Shown piece by piece: positions 61,161 through 64,000 of a DNA stretch of 64,000 nt. A program made the position numbers and the translations under genes. Source of the stretch: Oceanispirochaeta sp. (lineage in GTDB: Bacteria; Spirochaetota; Spirochaetia; DSM-2461); contig CAXXOA010000001.1 in NCBI GenBank assembly GCA_963666275.2, positions 1,408,001 through 1,472,000 of the forward strand, given 5' to 3'. Under the pieces are notes generated by a model that was not told the DNA's origin, searched no databases, and worked only from the letters and a program-made list of their open reading frames with translations. The first letter of the stretch is position 1, and each line of letters opens with the position of its first letter.

Positions 61161-61847
61161 ATGAGCATTTCGGAAAATCTTGAACGTGTTAAAGAGTCTC
61201 TGGAGAGGGCCGTGCAGAAAGCGGGCCGCAGCTCCGGAGAGGTTGAGCTTATGGCAGTAAGCAAAACAAAACCCCTGGAAATGATCCGGGAAGCCTACCA
61301 GGCGGGGCAGCGTGTTTTCGGTGAAAACCGTGTTCTGGAAGCGGAGGAAAAATTCCGGGAACTTCCCTCTGATGCCAGGGTGGAACTGATCGGCCATCTG
61401 CAGAGCAATAAAGTCAAAACAGCAGTGGGAGTATTTCACAGGATACAGACTGTGGATTCTCTGAAACTGGCCGGAAAGCTCCAGAGCCGCTGTGAGGATA
61501 CAGGACAGGCCCTGGAGGTCCTTCTGCAGCTCAAGACCTCGGAAGAGGAGACTAAAACCGGTTTTGAATCGCTGGATTCTCTGCGGAAGGGGCTGGAACT
61601 CTTTCTGGACAGCTCCTCTGTAAAAGTCTGCGGACTTATGACCATTGCCCCTTTCACGAATGATGAAAAAACAGTCAGGAAGGCATTCGCCGTCTGCCGG
61701 GAAGCCCGGGACCTTCTCGAAAGGGAGTATGGCGGGCTGAGCCTGCCTGTCCTTTCGATGGGGATGTCCGATGATTTCGAGTGGGCCGTCCGGGAAGGGT
61801 CTACCCAGGTCCGGATTGGCAGTGCTATTTTCGGAGTCAGGAATTGA
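61161..61847 (+). CDS. yggS: PLP homeostasis protein YggS
   Basis: AVSKT, FGENR, IGHLQSNK, LSMGMS.D, VRIGSAIFG. Confidence 0.94.
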   Translation: MSISENLERVKESLERAVQKAGRSSGEVELMAVSKTKPLEMIREAYQAGQRVFGENRVLEAEEKFRELPSDARVELIGHLQSNKVKTAVGVFHRIQTVDSLKLAGKLQSRCEDTGQALEVLLQLKTSEEETKTGFESLDSLRKGLELFLDSSSVKVCGLMTIAPFTNDEKTVRKAFAVCREARDLLEREYGGLSLPVLSMGMSDDFEWAVREGSTQVRIGSAIFGVRN

Positions 61848-62233
61848 AAAAAGCTGTATCCGTTCTTCTGCTCCTGCTTTTTCTGGAGTCTCTGGCGGCG
61901 CAGTCTGATTCTGAAGAGTTTACAGGCCCCTATACGGATCCCCTCCCTTATGAGCAGGTGGAATTTCCCGAGTGGGCCTGGGATATCAGAAGGATGGAAG
62001 TCATATTTTTCGGTTCTGTCCCTCTGACCTATATTCTTACAAATCTGGTTTATGATATAAGCATCTATGCCTCTCATGAATGGGATAACGAGTACAGAAT
62101 GGGAACTGCCAGGACTCAGGATGACATCAAATTTATGCTGGCCACATCCCTTTATATATCCGGCGGCATTGCTGTGACGGATTTTATCCTGGGGAAATTT
62201 TTTACTCTTCGGGAAAGACGAAGCAAGGAATAA
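61844..62233 (+). CDS. Spirochaete membrane hypothetical protein
   Basis: TTG overlapping the yggS stop; signal peptide; PY...EFP.WA.DIRR.E.IFFGS.P. Confidence 0.65.
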   Translation: MKKAVSVLLLLLFLESLAAQSDSEEFTGPYTDPLPYEQVEFPEWAWDIRRMEVIFFGSVPLTYILTNLVYDISIYASHEWDNEYRMGTARTQDDIKFMLATSLYISGGIAVTDFILGKFFTLRERRSKE

Positions 62234-62242
62234 CGGAAACAC

Positions 62243-63163
62243 ATGGAAGAAACGATTATTGTAGATCTGCCTGAAGGCGACAGCATCCGGGCGGATAAAT
62301 ATATCTCCACTCAGGGAATCATGAAACGGAGTCAGTTCGAAGCCTGCGGGCTCAGGATATTTGCAGACTCCCGGGAAATCAAATTTTCAAGGAAGGTGAA
62401 GAACGGGGAGACCCTTGAACTTCGCTGGGAGGAACCGGAAGAACCCCAGTACGATGCGGAAGAGATGGATCTGGATATCCTCTATGAAAATGAGGATGTG
62501 ATCGTTCTGAATAAACCCCAGGGGGTAGTCGTTCATCCCGGAAACGGCAATTTTCACGGCACTCTTGTACAGGGACTTCTCTATTATAATAGAAAGCTCG
62601 GAACCGCTTTTGCTGAAGAAAAGGTCCGGCCCGGAATTGTCCATCGTCTGGATAAGGATACCTCGGGCCTTATCATAACAGCCAAAAACTACAGCTCTCT
62701 GGAAGCCCTTTCGGAACAGTTTCGCCACAGGACCACGGAAAAATACTATATGGCTCTTGTCAAGGGAAGGATGCCCGCAAGGCGGGGAGATATTGAAACC
62801 TATATCAAAAGGGATGACAGGAACAGGAAGAAGTTCATTACCCATGATTCCCAGGGGAAATATGCCCTGACCCGCTATGAGGTCGTGAAATCCTGGCAGA
62901 ACTATACGCTGGTAAAACTGAAGCTGGAAACCGGAAGAACCCATCAGCTCAGGGTTCATCTCCTTTCTCTGGGCTGTCCGATCCTGGGAGATCCCATCTA
63001 TTCCCGGAAAGATAACCGCTTTCCCGACACGACTCTGATGCTCCACTCCTGGATTCTGAAAATAGCCCTTCCCGGTGACGAGGATGCCAGCGAGTTTACT
63101 GCACCCCTTCCCGAAAGATTCCTTGAAATGCAGGAGATCCTGGACAGGGAGGACAAACTCTGA
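62243..63163 (+). CDS. RluA/RluD-family pseudouridine synthase
   Basis: NKP.G.VVHP, HRLDKDTSG, TGRTHQLRVH. Confidence 0.93.
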   Translation: MEETIIVDLPEGDSIRADKYISTQGIMKRSQFEACGLRIFADSREIKFSRKVKNGETLELRWEEPEEPQYDAEEMDLDILYENEDVIVLNKPQGVVVHPGNGNFHGTLVQGLLYYNRKLGTAFAEEKVRPGIVHRLDKDTSGLIITAKNYSSLEALSEQFRHRTTEKYYMALVKGRMPARRGDIETYIKRDDRNRKKFITHDSQGKYALTRYEVVKSWQNYTLVKLKLETGRTHQLRVHLLSLGCPILGDPIYSRKDNRFPDTTLMLHSWILKIALPGDEDASEFTAPLPERFLEMQEILDREDKL

Positions 63164-63171
63164 AAAGACTC

Positions 63172-63750
63172 CTAGAACTCCTGTTCCTGGGTATACTCAT
63201 TCATCTTTGAGAGATTTGATTCCGCTTTGATGGTCGTGGGAGGGCCGTGGCCGGGAAGAAGGATTCCGTGGCCGTCCCGGTTGAAGAGCTTGCTTTCCAG
63301 TTCTCCCATGAGAAGCGCCTTCGTGTATTTATCCTGGGTCGTTCCGGTGCGTCCGGCCGAAAGGACATCCCCCGTAAAATAGAAGTGCCCGCAGCGGTAC
63401 ACCAGGGAATCGAAGGAGTGGCCGTTTACCGATATGGCCTCCAGGGTAAAATCTCCCAGCTGGATTTCCCCTTCATCCACGGGAGTGCAGGGAATCCCCT
63501 CCAGGGAGCTGACTTTGGAATATATGGTGGAATCATAGATCTTCAGAATGGTTTTGATCCCCCTGAAGTGATTGGGGTGGGCATGGGTTATCAGAACATG
63601 CCTCACATAGTAGTCATTGTCTTCAATAAGCTGCAGAAGCTGAACATCCAGTGTTCCCGGATCGACCAGGATGGCATCGCCTCCCATGTCGGGGCCTATC
63701 AGGTAGGTGTTGCTGAATCCGACGGCGGTAAAATGGTTGAACAGTTTCAT
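63172..63750 (-). CDS. MBL-fold metallo-hydrolase (glyoxalase II-like)
   Basis: NTYL, VDPG, THAHPNH, GHS, FTGD, PGHG. Confidence 0.85.
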   Translation of the reverse strand: MKLFNHFTAVGFSNTYLIGPDMGGDAILVDPGTLDVQLLQLIEDNDYYVRHVLITHAHPNHFRGIKTILKIYDSTIYSKVSSLEGIPCTPVDEGEIQLGDFTLEAISVNGHSFDSLVYRCGHFYFTGDVLSAGRTGTTQDKYTKALLMGELESKLFNRDGHGILLPGHGPPTTIKAESNLSKMNEYTQEQEF

Positions 63751-64000
63751 TTTTTTCCTTCCGAACTGAAATAGGCTTCTTCCGCATTGGAGTATTTAAA
63801 GCTCGTGTTCGTTCTGGTGGAAACCGAAAAGTCCACCCGTTTCAGATTGCAGTCCACCATTTTGACATCTTTCAGCGAGGCAGAGATAAAGCGGGAGTAA
63901 TAGAGGTCGGATTCACTGAAATCACAGTTGAAACAGTGAATGTTGTTCCAGTTGATCGAGATCAGGTCCGATCCCCGCCAGTCCAGGTTGGTCATAACAG
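63747..64000 (-). CDS. Pentapeptide-repeat protein (5' probably truncated by window edge)
   Basis: CDFSE SDLYY SRFIS ASLKD..CNLKR VDFSV repeats. Confidence 0.75.
   Translation of the reverse strand, partial: VMTNLDWRGSDLISINWNNIHCFNCDFSESDLYYSRFISASLKDVKMVDCNLKRVDFSVSTRTNTSFKYSNAEEAYFSSEGKK

Noticed and set aside
1..64000. CRISPR array, prophage, defence island or tRNA-anchored integrative element
   Set aside because: No regularly spaced repeats, cas, phage or integrase genes, and no duplicated tRNA 3' ends seen

Overview
Core-chromosome window from a free-living spirochaete (Spirochaetaceae/Oceanispirochaeta-like). This is inferred from spirochaete-type proteins and the Borrelia-like order flgF-flgG-flgJ-sigma-tsaD-apt ... 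rplU-prp-rpmA-obgE-nadD ... spoVG-rplY-pth-tilS-ftsH. It holds about 55 CDS, 5 tRNAs, one intact IS1182-family element inserted in the flgJ terminator, and a frameshifted antiporter-PTS EIIA fusion. No CRISPR, rRNA or prophage is visible. Main leads: (1) a coupled gene pair encoding a homologue of the animal tRNA-queuosine mannosyltransferase (GTDC1/QTMAN) and an NSUN3/4-like m5C methyltransferase, about 2.5-3.3 kb from tRNA-Asp(GUC), in a window that also has a preQ1-riboswitch-led queuosine-precursor transporter; (2) an RpoS-like sigma factor in the Borrelia rpoS position with a correctly spaced sigma-54 promoter, plus a second group-2 sigma behind an nlpD-like gene; (3) a plant DA1-like LIM-like/zinc peptidase; (4) a 90-aa protein that is 46% Asp/Glu; (5) pth with no canonical start codon. 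All family assignments come from motif recognition by eye, not from database searches.
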